DNA of 63,926 nucleotides, filler included, from Lama guanicoe (GCA_013239625.1; 192 parts of 192 records of this genome joined end to end with filler, not necessarily neighbours in it); one strand, 5' to 3'; positions 1 to 13,012 are shown, counted from the whole stretch's first letter. Program-made: numbers and translations. Notes: generated by a model not told the origin, from the sequence alone.

Positions 1-333
1 CCTGTTACTTCACACATGATTTACAAGCACGGTCCATGGTGAGACGGACGGGGCTGGGGTGGAAGGTCATGTCGATGTGTGTGCAGGTTTGCACGGTGTC
101 GATGGCACCTCCAGGTCAGTGCAGAATCTGATGGGTGCTGCGGGGACTTGAGAAGCCTCTGGGAAGCCTGTTTTAATCGGGAATTATTCCCCATCACCCT
201 CCCAGGACCTGGCTTCTCAACAGCGTGGAAGAGNNNNNNNNNNNNNNNNNNNNNNNNNNNNNNNNNNNNNNNNNNNNTTAATTAATTAANNNNNNNNNNN
301 NNNNNNNNNNNNNNNNNNNNNNNNNNNNNNNNN

Positions 334-566
334 ATAGCAGCACCATTTACAATAGCCAAGACATGGAAGCAACCTAAATGTCTATTGACAGGTAATTGGA
401 TAAGGAAGTTGTGATATATATGTATCATGGAATACTACTCAGCCATAAAAAGAAAAATAATACCATTTGCAGCAACATGGATGGACACGGAGATTATCAA
501 ACTAAGTGAAGTAAGCGAGAAAGAGAAAGAAAAATACCACATGGTATCACTTATATGTGGAATCTT
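334..566 (+). mobile_element. LINE-1 fragment, ORF2 C-terminus/3' end
   Basis: atagcagcaccatttacaatagccaagacatggaagcaacctaaatg; translation MEYYSAIKRK..FAATWMD is typical of the L1 ORF2 end. Confidence 0.95.
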
Positions 567-999
567 NNNNNNNNNNNNNNNNNNNNNNNNNNNNNNNNNN
601 NNNNNNNNNNTTAATTAATTAANNNNNNNNNNNNNNNNNNNNNNNNNNNNNNNNNNNNNNNNNNNNGTGATGACTTCAGCAGTGTAGTTCAGTGAAAATA
701 ATTCTCTGCGCTGCTGCACGCAGGGACTGACCCAGACGGGGCGCAATGGGCTTGGCCAGGGCTTTTCCTCCGGGCTGACCTCTTCTGTCTTAGAGTAACA
801 GAACCGCAACTCGGCTCATCCCCGGGCTGGGTCTGCAGGGCCCCATCTCCTGTCATCAGAGTTAGCCCTTTTGTGGCTTCGACTTTACAGAATTGAGACN
901 NNNNNNNNNNNNNNNNNNNNNNNNNNNNNNNNNNNNNNNNNNNTTAATTAATTAANNNNNNNNNNNNNNNNNNNNNNNNNNNNNNNNNNNNNNNNNNNN

Positions 1000-1232
1000 G
1001 AACTATAACAAATAATCCTAAAATTTATATGGAATCACAAAAGACCCAAAATTGCTAAAACAATACTGAAGAAAAGGAATGAAGCTGTAGAAATAACCCT
1101 TCCAGACTTCAGACAATATTACAGAGATACAATAATCAAAACAGCATGGTATTGGCACAAAAAACAGACACATGGTTCAGAATAGAATAGAGAGCTCAGA
1201 AATAAACCCACACACCTACAGTCAATTAATCT
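1000..1232 (+). mobile_element. LINE-1 ORF2 fragment
   Basis: [32 protein letters not shown] coding sequence. Confidence 0.95.
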
Positions 1233-1665
1233 NNNNNNNNNNNNNNNNNNNNNNNNNNNNNNNNNNNNNNNNNNNNTTAATTAATTAANNNNNNNNNNNN
1301 NNNNNNNNNNNNNNNNNNNNNNNNNNNNNNNNCCCCCCCCCATACCAGGACCCTACTCTCTACGAGACTGGGATGTCAGGAAATGTCACCTGTGGTCATC
1401 CTGCCCTATGACCTCCCAGGACTGACTCTTTTCTGGGGTCCAGGGTCCCCTGAGTCCTCCCTCCGCGTCCTCACCTTGACTCTCGGCAGGAACTGGGATT
1501 CCCCGCTCAGCCCACTTGAGGCCCCGCCCCTCATCCCAGGACCCCAGTCTCTCCGAGACGAGACCNNNNNNNNNNNNNNNNNNNNNNNNNNNNNNNNNNN
1601 NNNNNNNNNTTAATTAATTAANNNNNNNNNNNNNNNNNNNNNNNNNNNNNNNNNNNNNNNNNNNN

Positions 1666-1898
1666 TCCTTTTCATATTCTTTTTCATTATAGGTTACTAC
1701 AAGATATTGAGTATGTTCCCTGTGCTCTACAGTAGGAGCTTGTTGTGTATCTATTTTATAGTATCTGCAAATCTAGAACTCCCAATTTGTCCTTTCCTAC
1801 CCTCTTTCCCCCCTGGTAACCATAAGTTTGTTTTCTATGACTGTGAGTGTGTTTCTGTTTTGTAAATAAGTTCATTTGTGTCCTTTTTTTAAGATTCC
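1666..1898 (-). mobile_element. LINE-1 3' UTR fragment
   Basis: ggtaaccataagtttgttttctatg..gagtgtgtttctgttttgtaaataagttcatttgtg; the same family recurs at 13987, 39986 and 48668. Confidence 0.9.
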
Positions 1899-1998
1899 NN
1901 NNNNNNNNNNNNNNNNNNNNNNNNNNNNNNNNNNNNNNNNNNTTAATTAATTAANNNNNNNNNNNNNNNNNNNNNNNNNNNNNNNNNNNNNNNNNNNN

Positions 1999-2082
1999 AG
2001 CTCAGTGGTAGAGCACATGCTTAGCATGTACAAGGTCCTGGGTTCAAGCTCCAGTACCTCCATTAAAAAAAAAGTAAAAAAA
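1999..2082 (+). mobile_element. tRNA-derived SINE (camelid Vic-1-like)
   Basis: A-box agctcagtggtagag, B-box ggttcaagctcc, A-rich tail. Confidence 0.85.
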
Positions 2083-2331
2083 AGCACAAGTTACTGTCAT
2101 AGTTTAAAATCAGTGTATGGTCCACCCTTCAAGTCTTCTCACATCCCTCTGTCTCTTCTGTCCAAAAGACCTGAGGGTGGTTGGAGGGGATGAGAATGCT
2201 TTAGTAGCCCCTGCATTTCTATTTTCCACCANNNNNNNNNNNNNNNNNNNNNNNNNNNNNNNNNNNNNNNNNNNNTTAATTAATTAANNNNNNNNNNNNN
2301 NNNNNNNNNNNNNNNNNNNNNNNNNNNNNNN

Positions 2332-2564
2332 TGTTGGAAGTCCTAGCCATAGCAATCAGACAAGAAAAAGAAATAAAAGGCATCCAAATTCGAAGGGAAG
2401 GGGTAAAATTGTCACCTTATGTGGATAACATGATACTGTATATAGAAAACCCTAAAGACTCCACACAAAAACTGCGAGAGCTGATGACAAATTCAGCAAG
2501 GTAGCAGAATATAAGATTAACATACAGAAATCAGTTGCATTTCTTTGCACTAACAATGAAATAT
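2332..2564 (+). mobile_element. LINE-1 ORF2 reverse transcriptase fragment
   Basis: [36 protein letters not shown]; degraded FADD region. Confidence 0.95.
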
Positions 2565-3357
2565 NNNNNNNNNNNNNNNNNNNNNNNNNNNNNNNNNNNN
2601 NNNNNNNNTTAATTAATTAANNNNNNNNNNNNNNNNNNNNNNNNNNNNNNNNNNNNNNNNNNNNTGTTTCACTGGTATGAATCCAGCCTGGCAGGCCCCT
2701 TCTTATCTAATATTCTCCTGTTTGAGGTTATTTTTTAAAAAGCCCTTTCTTATGGGAGTTAAGCTATAAGAATATCCCAGAGAGCGGCTAAGAAAAGTCA
2801 TGTAAACCTTTCAGTCTTGGGCTTCAGACTTGGAGGATGCGGACGTGGTTCTGGGAAAAGAGGTGTGTCAAGTTTCACGCAGCACAGCTCAGGGATCNNN
2901 NNNNNNNNNNNNNNNNNNNNNNNNNNNNNNNNNNNNNNNNNTTAATTAATTAANNNNNNNNNNNNNNNNNNNNNNNNNNNNNNNNNNNNNNNNNNNNCCT
3001 GAGGGATTTAATAAGTAGTCCTGGCAGTGTGCATTACAAAGACTCTCGCAGCCCTAAAATTCTATGAATCAATATTAATAATACTTGATTTAATAAGTGG
3101 TAATTCACAGAAGCTAAAAAATTGCTGTGGAAATAGGAGCTTTTTCATGTTTCATACAAGCTGCTGACCATTACTTTGGTTATTGTTAACCCTCAGTATT
3201 ACAGGAAAATAAGTTTTCTTTCTTATGACTNNNNNNNNNNNNNNNNNNNNNNNNNNNNNNNNNNNNNNNNNNNNTTAATTAATTAANNNNNNNNNNNNNN
3301 NNNNNNNNNNNNNNNNNNNNNNNNNNNNNNTAGGTTGTACACTGCAAAATGCAAAAA

Positions 3358-3500
3358 GGAGAGGGAGAGTATAGCTCAAGTGGTAAAGCATATGCTCAGC
3401 ATACACAAGGCCCTGGGTTCAATCCCCAGTATCTCCTCTAAAAATAAATAAATAAGTAAGCCTAATTATGCCCTCAAAAATAAATTTAAAAATTTTTTAA
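3358..3500 (+). mobile_element. tRNA-derived SINE (camelid Vic-1-like), near full length
   Basis: gggagagtatagctcaagtggtaaagc..ctgggttcaatccccagt followed by an (AAAT)n/cctaatta tail. Confidence 0.88.
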
Positions 3501-4050
3501 AAACACAAAAGGGCACCATCCACATAGACAGTGACATGAATGGTATTCCCTAGAGTTTTTCTGNNNNNNNNNNNNNNNNNNNNNNNNNNNNNNNNNNNNN
3601 NNNNNNNTTAATTAATTAANNNNNNNNNNNNNNNNNNNNNNNNNNNNNNNNNNNNNNNNNNNNGATGCTAGCATGCCAACCAGCAAGAGGATGGCCCAAG
3701 TCCTCTTGCCATTGAGGTCGATTTGCGGGTTCTCTCTGACATTTCCTTGATCCAATAAACCTCACTTTGAAATCAATGCAAAGTCTTTGGCTCTGTTTTG
3801 GTCCCTTTCTAGTCTGTGCCCCCGCATCCATGACACTCCTCAGAGACTTACCATGTCCCACTTTGCTTGGGACTGAATGGGAAGGGGGTCGGGGGTNNNN
3901 NNNNNNNNNNNNNNNNNNNNNNNNNNNNNNNNNNNNNNNNTTAATTAATTAANNNNNNNNNNNNNNNNNNNNNNNNNNNNNNNNNNNNNNNNNNNNGTGG
4001 CTTCCTTGACTCACAGCAGAGTGGAGAGTGGGGTGAGAGAGGTCTTGTGA

Positions 4051-4229
<179 letters not shown>

Positions 4230-4995
4230 NNNNNNNNNNNNNNNNNNNNNNNNNNNNNNNNNNNNNNNNNNNNTTAATTAATTAANNNNNNNNNNNNNNN
4301 NNNNNNNNNNNNNNNNNNNNNNNNNNNNNCGATCAGAATGCCCTTTGCTGCCTCTTCCTAACAGTCATCGGCTTTACTCTTTTTCCCTCGGGTGGGGGCT
4401 TCAGTGCACATTACCACCCCCACCCCCAGCCTGCGGCCATCAGTTAAATAAGCGGCAAAGGCTCTCGGGCACAGGGGCAGGCTGGGCACTGCCGCCCGTG
4501 CTGCCCCTCGTCACGCGGCTGTCTCGGGGCGTTGCTCCCCACGTGAGGGCGGCAGCACCCGANNNNNNNNNNNNNNNNNNNNNNNNNNNNNNNNNNNNNN
4601 NNNNNNTTAATTAATTAANNNNNNNNNNNNNNNNNNNNNNNNNNNNNNNNNNNNNNNNNNNNAGAGACAGACAGAGACAGAGAGATTGATTCAAGGGGTT
4701 TCACCATATTTAATTCTGAGAACTGATGCAAAGCTATTTTTTTTTTTTTGCATTGGAGCCTGAAATAATCAGGGCAGGCAGTCAGAAAGGGATAATAGAT
4801 CATGAAGTAGGAGAAAGCAAAGGAAAAATAGAAACCATGTGTCAGTGGCCTTCAGATGAGTTAAGGCCATGGACCCAAGGCCACGTTCAGAGCATNNNNN
4901 NNNNNNNNNNNNNNNNNNNNNNNNNNNNNNNNNNNNNNNTTAATTAATTAANNNNNNNNNNNNNNNNNNNNNNNNNNNNNNNNNNNNNNNNNNNN

Positions 4996-5206
4996 CGCAG
5001 AGGTCAGCCCGTAGGTCAGTCGGCCGCTTGCCGGTTTTTGCCAGCCTCGCGATATAAGGAGCGCGGGACTTTCCGCCGCCGCCGCCTCCGAAGCTCGGGG
5101 ACTCCGCTCCGCAATAAAGGCGCGTTTGAGATGCGGCTCTGCGAGTGTTCGTCTGTCTGCCTGAGTCCGTGAACCTGCCAAGCCTGGACCTCAGTGAGCA
5201 CCTACA
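4996..5206 (+). mobile_element. Probable ERV LTR 3' half (U3 end, R, U5), CpG-rich
   Basis: TATAA 5053-5057, AATAAA 5113-5118, ends ..cacctaCA at 5206, then an abrupt shift to AT-rich flank. Confidence 0.6.
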
Positions 5207-5661
5207 GTACAGTGGGTTTTATAATTTTNNNNNNNNNNNNNNNNNNNNNNNNNNNNNNNNNNNNNNNNNNNNTTAATTAATTAANNNNNNNNNNNNNNNN
5301 NNNNNNNNNNNNNNNNNNNNNNNNNNNNAGGTGAGCTCCAGTCCTTAGCTTGCGGCTCTGGCAGCCGTCCAGAGGGGTGTTCCCGTTGGCATTTATGAAG
5401 ACCCTGTTGATGGCAGCGCTGAGTTTGTTGAGACGGGGCCAGACTGGAAGAGGGAGACCTTCCTAGTGGCTCCAGCGCGGACCAGTGGGTGCCGACCATT
5501 GGCGGTGATGGCGTGATTGGAGAGGAGACCTCGGGGTCACGTGGCCTTGGGGTTGGAGAGGNNNNNNNNNNNNNNNNNNNNNNNNNNNNNNNNNNNNNNN
5601 NNNNNTTAATTAATTAANNNNNNNNNNNNNNNNNNNNNNNNNNNNNNNNNNNNNNNNNNNN

Positions 5662-5894
5662 TAAATGGGATTGTTTCCTCAATTTCTTTTTCTGATATTT
5701 GTTGTTAGTGTGTAGAAATGTAGCAGACTTCTGTATGTTGATTTTGTATCCTCCAACTTTACAGAATTCACTGATGAGCTCTAGTAGTTTTCTGTTGGCA
5801 TCTTTAGGATTTTCTGTGTATAGTATCGTCATCTGCAAACAGGTGGTTTTAATTCTTTCTTCCCTATTTGGATTCTTTTCATTTGTTTCTATTC
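5662..5894 (-). mobile_element. LINE-1 ORF2 RT fragment
   Basis: [30 protein letters not shown] on the minus strand. Confidence 0.95.
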
Positions 5895-6019
5895 NNNNNN
5901 NNNNNNNNNNNNNNNNNNNNNNNNNNNNNNNNNNNNNNTTAATTAATTAANNNNNNNNNNNNNNNNNNNNNNNNNNNNNNNNNNNNNNNNNNNNCATTCA
6001 AGGGACCTTGGGCCATCAG

Positions 6020-6227
6020 ACCCACAGAAGTGAGAAGTAGAATGGTGGCGGCCAGGGGCCGGGAGGTGGAGGGAACGGGGAGCTACTATTCCATGGGTCT
6101 AGACTTTCAGTTTGTCAAAAGGAGAAAGTTTTAGAAATCTGCTATACAACCTGCCTCTAAGTTAACATCTGTACTCTACACGTGATTGTTGAGGGCAGAT
6201 TTCATGTTAGGTGTTGTGTAATCACAG
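6020..6227 (+). mobile_element. Old L1M 3' UTR fragment
   Basis: acagaagtgagaagtagaatggtggcggccagggg..tttcagtttg..gaaagttttagaaat pattern. Confidence 0.7.
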
Positions 6228-6660
6228 NNNNNNNNNNNNNNNNNNNNNNNNNNNNNNNNNNNNNNNNNNNNTTAATTAATTAANNNNNNNNNNNNNNNNN
6301 NNNNNNNNNNNNNNNNNNNNNNNNNNNCAATCTAGTTGAGTATAATGCTTGGAATTGGCACTGTCTTGTCAACATGAAACATCACGTTCTTTTGGTTCTT
6401 CCTTCTGTAGGGGAGAGGGAGGTGGTTGTTTAAGGGTGGCTGGACAAGTCCCTGCAGTTCAGGCTTTAATGCAGTAAGCAACAACTTAAAAACAAACTAA
6501 CACTTTCAGTCTTTACATCTGTCCAGTTTCTTCATCTGTTGTTACCTTCTCTCGCTCCTANNNNNNNNNNNNNNNNNNNNNNNNNNNNNNNNNNNNNNNN
6601 NNNNTTAATTAATTAANNNNNNNNNNNNNNNNNNNNNNNNNNNNNNNNNNNNNNNNNNNN

Positions 6661-6893
6661 CCAATAAGCATCAGAGGAACCAAAACCTGCAGTGCCTCTT
6701 TTAGAATTGGACTTATTTTTTTCAACAGTAAGAGTAGGTAGTAAAATTAACTGAGCAATACGTTGGCCTGCAGGAATGGCCGTTATTGTTCGAGGAGAAT
6801 GAGCCATTACTTTAATCTCTCCTTCAAAATCAGAGTCAATTATCCCTGGAGCAACAAGTAACCCTTTCATAGTTGTGCTGCTACGTCCCAATA
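6661..6893 (-). mobile_element. Betaretrovirus-like (ERVK/class II) pro gene fragment: dUTPase motifs 2-5 up to the protease start
   Basis: GRSS, GIIDSDFEGEIKV, QRIAQLILLP, RGTAGFGSSDAYW; frame open across the whole fragment. Confidence 0.93.
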
Positions 6894-7326
6894 NNNNNNN
6901 NNNNNNNNNNNNNNNNNNNNNNNNNNNNNNNNNNNNNTTAATTAATTAANNNNNNNNNNNNNNNNNNNNNNNNNNNNNNNNNNNNNNNNNNNNTTAAAGT
7001 AGGTATAATTGTGCAAAACATTCTCAAGGGGACATGAATTTATTTTATAAAAAATAACCTCAACAGGTCAAATGTCATGAGATGTCATTATCCCTTACTT
7101 ATCAAACATTGTACTGTCACAGTGCAAACACTTTCCCACAAGAATATAAGAATTATCAATGTGTGGATAGATAAGACTACGATCACTATTTAAAACCTAT
7201 TTAAAACTGTCTTCACAGAAAGTAATNNNNNNNNNNNNNNNNNNNNNNNNNNNNNNNNNNNNNNNNNNNNTTAATTAATTAANNNNNNNNNNNNNNNNNN
7301 NNNNNNNNNNNNNNNNNNNNNNNNNN

Positions 7327-7559
<233 letters not shown>

Positions 7560-8325
7560 NNNNNNNNNNNNNNNNNNNNNNNNNNNNNNNNNNNNNNNNN
7601 NNNTTAATTAATTAANNNNNNNNNNNNNNNNNNNNNNNNNNNNNNNNNNNNNNNNNNNNCTGAAGATGGTCCAAGAAGCCTTCCTGATGAGGTTTGGAAG
7701 AGAGGGATTAGCAGATATGGCATGTCATTTGCGAAAGAATAGATACAGTCAGCAAAACGCAAATTCAAGCAGAGGCGGGCGCACAGGGTGGTGCTAGGCT
7801 GGTTGGCAAAGAACGTGGAGGAGATTTCGGTGTGTTGCTGGTTGGGGGAAGCGGGGCTCAGGCTGTGGAGGGAGGTCAGGCCAGCTGAAGAGNNNNNNNN
7901 NNNNNNNNNNNNNNNNNNNNNNNNNNNNNNNNNNNNTTAATTAATTAANNNNNNNNNNNNNNNNNNNNNNNNNNNNNNNNNNNNNNNNNNNNGGGAAGAG
8001 TTTGATAGTGGGTGAAGGCTCTCTGCAGAAGGAAGGCCCAGATGAGCTCACAGCCTGGTGTTGGAGCCGCCATGTGGAGCTTGTTTGCCAGTGTCAGCTT
8101 CTGGGAACAGCAGGGGTGGTCAGAGTCGCCTCCACTGGGAGACAGGCTGCTATTCTGAGCTCAAGCTCCGCCCTTCCATAGAAGGGGGCCCGAGTCCCAG
8201 CCAGTGCTGGGCCTACCTACACAGTNNNNNNNNNNNNNNNNNNNNNNNNNNNNNNNNNNNNNNNNNNNNTTAATTAATTAANNNNNNNNNNNNNNNNNNN
8301 NNNNNNNNNNNNNNNNNNNNNNNNN

Positions 8326-8558
8326 TACCATGCTATTTTGATTACTGTAGCTTTGTAATATAGTCTGAAATCTAGACGAGTTATGCCTCCTGCTTTGTTC
8401 TTTTTCCCCTCAGGATTGCTTTGGCAATTCTGGGTGTTTTGTATTTCCTTATAAATTTTAGCATTATTTGTTCTAGATCTGTGGAAAACTTCATGAGTAA
8501 TTTGATAGAGATTGCATTAAATCTGTAGATTGCTTTGGGCAGTATGGCCATTTTAACA
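8326..8558 (-). mobile_element. LINE-1 ORF2 fragment
   Basis: Reverse strand encodes [19 protein letters not shown].. Confidence 0.93.
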
Positions 8559-9657
8559 NNNNNNNNNNNNNNNNNNNNNNNNNNNNNNNNNNNNNNNNNN
8601 NNTTAATTAATTAANNNNNNNNNNNNNNNNNNNNNNNNNNNNNNNNNNNNNNNNNNNNAAATGTTTAATTGCATGTGTGGCTTCTACCTTCTTTGTATTA
8701 GGACAATGCTGCTCTGGATTCTGCCACCATAAAGGAGGACAGGAGGTTATGCCGATGTATACCCAGGGACCAAACTCAGGATGTGGGCTACTAGAGAAAA
8801 ACAAGGCTGTAACTTGAGTAAATGAATTGCAAACACAGGAGGGCAAGAGATCAAGGAACACACTGGGAGCAGGAGCAGCAAGAGAGAGAGANNNNNNNNN
8901 NNNNNNNNNNNNNNNNNNNNNNNNNNNNNNNNNNNTTAATTAATTAANNNNNNNNNNNNNNNNNNNNNNNNNNNNNNNNNNNNNNNNNNNNGTGTCTCAA
9001 ATGCGCTCAGTGCCGAATGTCAGCCCCCTTCGCCTCTGCCCCCTCTCTAAGCCGCACAGGCGTGGCCTGGTTCCTTATTGAAGAGCAGACTGAGACCTTT
9101 CTGGAGACCTGCCTCCTTACCACCTGCTTATTTCAAGGAATTGACCCGCCCAGCTCTGTACGCACTGCTTTCCTCCCTGTCTCACCTGCGTGTCTGCCCA
9201 TATAGAGACACGCACACACGTATANNNNNNNNNNNNNNNNNNNNNNNNNNNNNNNNNNNNNNNNNNNNTTAATTAATTAANNNNNNNNNNNNNNNNNNNN
9301 NNNNNNNNNNNNNNNNNNNNNNNNCCATTGGATGACACATGTTTGGAGGAGATGAAGGTACCAGTAAAAAGAATTGTGAGGGGATTAAACTGGACCTTTG
9401 GTAACGAACTAGGTCACTTAGTGACCAAGTGTAGAAGGAGATAATTAAGAGGAGAAGCATAAATAAGAAGGGGCTCTGGGTGTCAAGGAACAGCTCTTCT
9501 GGAGACTCAAGAATATATAGAGAGGTGAAAATCTTATTCTGCAAACCGATAATGAAANNNNNNNNNNNNNNNNNNNNNNNNNNNNNNNNNNNNNNNNNNN
9601 NTTAATTAATTAANNNNNNNNNNNNNNNNNNNNNNNNNNNNNNNNNNNNNNNNNNNN

Positions 9658-9890
9658 ACCTGGCAAAGGTGTTTGAAGAAAGAAAATTTACAGACTAGTT
9701 TCATACATGATATTAATTGAAATAGTTCTGCACAAAATACTGTTAATGCAGCTTCAGCAGGATGTAAAATGAATAATGCATCATATAAAATTTGGACTTA
9801 GTATTTTTAAAAGTTTGTTTGAACATTCAAAACATAATCAGTATAACTTACCAAAAACAAAACTAAGAAGAAAAGCTAATCTCAGTCAAT
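9658..9890 (+). mobile_element. Old degraded LINE-1 ORF2 fragment
   Basis: Resembles the KENYRPISL..KIL..QQ..WFNI region of L1 ORF2. Confidence 0.6.
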
Positions 9891-10656
9891 NNNNNNNNNN
9901 NNNNNNNNNNNNNNNNNNNNNNNNNNNNNNNNNNTTAATTAATTAANNNNNNNNNNNNNNNNNNNNNNNNNNNNNNNNNNNNNNNNNNNNTTTTTTCCTA
10001 AAAACATTGTATTTTTTTCCTAAATTTGCTATGTTTACTACAATTTTAGGGAAGAATTTCTAATGGCAAACTAGTCAAGGATTTTCTATATGTTTTAGGG
10101 AGGGTACAATTCCTACTTATTGCCTAGGGTTAGTTTAAATTTAAAAAAAAAAACTTGAAAAATACAGGGGAATTTTTTTTTTCTAACAAGAAAACCAAGA
10201 GTGACCAAGAAATGAATGACCTTNNNNNNNNNNNNNNNNNNNNNNNNNNNNNNNNNNNNNNNNNNNNTTAATTAATTAANNNNNNNNNNNNNNNNNNNNN
10301 NNNNNNNNNNNNNNNNNNNNNNNGGGCGGACACCTTCCTAATGACCAAACTGAAAAGGTGGGTAAGATGATGGCAACACAGCAACTGACCTTGTCCACAC
10401 TATTTGGGGGACGAATTCGACAATTAGCCTCTCCTCTGGTTCCCAAGTCCAAGCTCGCATGTCAGGCCAGTAAATCAGGGGAGGAGGTGTTGGGCAAGGA
10501 ATAGCAGCTTTATTAGGAAAGCCAGGAGACCGAGGAGGTGGTGGACTAGTGTCCCANNNNNNNNNNNNNNNNNNNNNNNNNNNNNNNNNNNNNNNNNNNN
10601 TTAATTAATTAANNNNNNNNNNNNNNNNNNNNNNNNNNNNNNNNNNNNNNNNNNNN

Positions 10657-10889
10657 TTTTGGAGTGCTTGTAAATGGTACAATACTTTAAAATTTCTTTT
10701 TCCCTTTGTTCATTGATGGTATACAGAAATACATTAACTGTTTGTAAGTTAATATTGTGTCCTCTGACTGCTAAACTCACTGGCTTTAGGAAGGTTTTGT
10801 TTGTTTTTTGATAGGTTACTTGAGATTTTCTACATACATCCCATGTCATCTGTAAATAAGATGTTATTTCTATATGCCTTTAACTGTTA
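10657..10889 (-). mobile_element. Old LINE-1 ORF2 fragment
   Basis: Reverse strand shows the tttacagatgacatg (F-x-D-D-M) RT motif region. Confidence 0.75.
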
Positions 10890-11473
10890 NNNNNNNNNNN
10901 NNNNNNNNNNNNNNNNNNNNNNNNNNNNNNNNNTTAATTAATTAANNNNNNNNNNNNNNNNNNNNNNNNNNNNNNNNNNNNNNNNNNNNTATTTATTTAG
11001 ACAACATGATTAAAAATAATCTTTGAATACTTTTTATTCTAACTTATTTATTGCCTCTGTGATTTTCATCTTGTCGTTCTGGAAAAAATGTCTTGACACA
11101 CATATTCTCCTTGCATTATTGATATTTATATTGCAGTTGCTGTTAGATTTTTGTTAGGGATTCAACAAATTAGTCTAATAAAGTGCTCCTGCCTGTTTCA
11201 TTTAGAATATTTTTATTCTACTNNNNNNNNNNNNNNNNNNNNNNNNNNNNNNNNNNNNNNNNNNNNTTAATTAATTAANNNNNNNNNNNNNNNNNNNNNN
11301 NNNNNNNNNNNNNNNNNNNNNNATACCCTCAAAAAAGAAAAAATCCTGCAGTGCTTTGAGCCATTTACCGTTAAGGAAACAAAATCACGTGGATGCAAAG
11401 CTCTTGAGCATGCGAATATTGTGGGTGGGAGGGTGTCATCAGAAAAGTGTTGAGAAAAGGATTTTTGGTTTAC

Positions 11474-11555
11474 CTTGACGTTTCCAGTAAGGATGGGGAG
11501 CAGAATCGAAAACCCCCGGTTCACAGTAGAAGGTGCTGTTTTTTGCAAAACTGAC
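11474..11555 (-). CDS. Candidate coding exon 3' part, gene not recognised
   Basis: Open frame VSFAKNSTFYCEPGVFDSAPHPYWKRQ ending at donor aag|gtaaac. Confidence 0.35.
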
Positions 11556-12699
11556 NNNNNNNNNNNNNNNNNNNNNNNNNNNNNNNNNNNNNNNNNNNNT
11601 TAATTAATTAANNNNNNNNNNNNNNNNNNNNNNNNNNNNNNNNNNNNNNNNNNNNGAGTGAAAGAAGTCAGGTCATGCAGGACTGGATTTACATAGCTTA
11701 ATCTAGCTCAGCCAACAGAAGATAAAACATTTTGGGACTCCAGATATTAAAGGAAACAAACCAGCTAACAAGAACCTGATCACCTGAAAACGTGTAAGGG
11801 TAGAATTTGTACTAACAAAAAGGACTTTCTCACTGCACTAGGGCAAGGTGTTCCATTTAACACTGATACAGTTTTCAATGTCTGTTTGNNNNNNNNNNNN
11901 NNNNNNNNNNNNNNNNNNNNNNNNNNNNNNNNTTAATTAATTAANNNNNNNNNNNNNNNNNNNNNNNNNNNNNNNNNNNNNNNNNNNNTTTCCCATCACT
12001 GTCACAAACACTGTGACTCCAGGGGAGGGACTGGGTCCCTCTTCAGTCTCAGAGCCCCACCCAGCAGCATACCCTGCTCACGGTCAGAATTCACTCAGGT
12101 AATAAATGATAATTCAATATTCTCTCAATAAGTGAGTAGATGTGCTGATAAGATTTAATGCTACACCTTTGCTAGAAGTAAGATTAGTCATTATAAAAAT
12201 CAAGTTGAAACGGAATTTTTTNNNNNNNNNNNNNNNNNNNNNNNNNNNNNNNNNNNNNNNNNNNNTTAATTAATTAANNNNNNNNNNNNNNNNNNNNNNN
12301 NNNNNNNNNNNNNNNNNNNNNTTAAAGAAAATTAGAAGAGGCAGGGCTCAGGAATGTCTTTCCTGATGTTGAGGGAGAGCAGAGTAATAGCTAACACAGG
12401 ATAGCATGCATCTAGCTGGCCTTTGTTCAGACTGGAATGAAACGGACCTCATAGAACGGTGGTATAGAGCCTATCCCTTTGAGGGCTGGGGTAGTGTCAA
12501 TGTCGTTTGGATCAACCAGAGATTTCAAAGTAAAATGCTGTAAAATGCTGACCANNNNNNNNNNNNNNNNNNNNNNNNNNNNNNNNNNNNNNNNNNNNTT
12601 AATTAATTAANNNNNNNNNNNNNNNNNNNNNNNNNNNNNNNNNNNNNNNNNNNNATTGAAATATGAGCCCTGATGATATAATCTAGTCCTAGCTTTCTG

Positions 12700-12837
12700 T
12701 AACTTTATATTTTAATAAATTTTTATATTTATATTTTATATAAATTTTTAAAATTCAATTTTTATTTTAATAAATTTTTAAAATTCATATTTTATATTAT
12801 ATTTTAATAAATTTTTAAAATTCAATTTTATTTATTT
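12700..12837. repeat. AT-rich short tandem duplication adjoining a SINE tail
   Basis: Repeated taataaatttttaaaattca units, followed by a reverse SINE tail (ttatttattttaatggaggcactgg). Confidence 0.75.
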
Positions 12838-12987
12838 GGGGGGGGGTGTAATTTGGCTTTATTTATTTATTTTAATGGAGGCACTGGNNNNNNNNNNNNN
12901 NNNNNNNNNNNNNNNNNNNNNNNNNNNNNNNTTAATTAATTAANNNNNNNNNNNNNNNNNNNNNNNNNNNNNNNNNNNNNNNNNNNN

Positions 12988-13012
12988 CACACACACACAC
13001 ACACACACACAC
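12988..13012. repeat. (CA)n microsatellite
   Basis: Read directly from sequence. Confidence 0.95.

Noticed and set aside
1999..2075. tRNA gene
   Set aside because: A and B boxes are present, but the sequence continues into an A-rich tail and recurs as diverged copies, so it is a tRNA-derived SINE.
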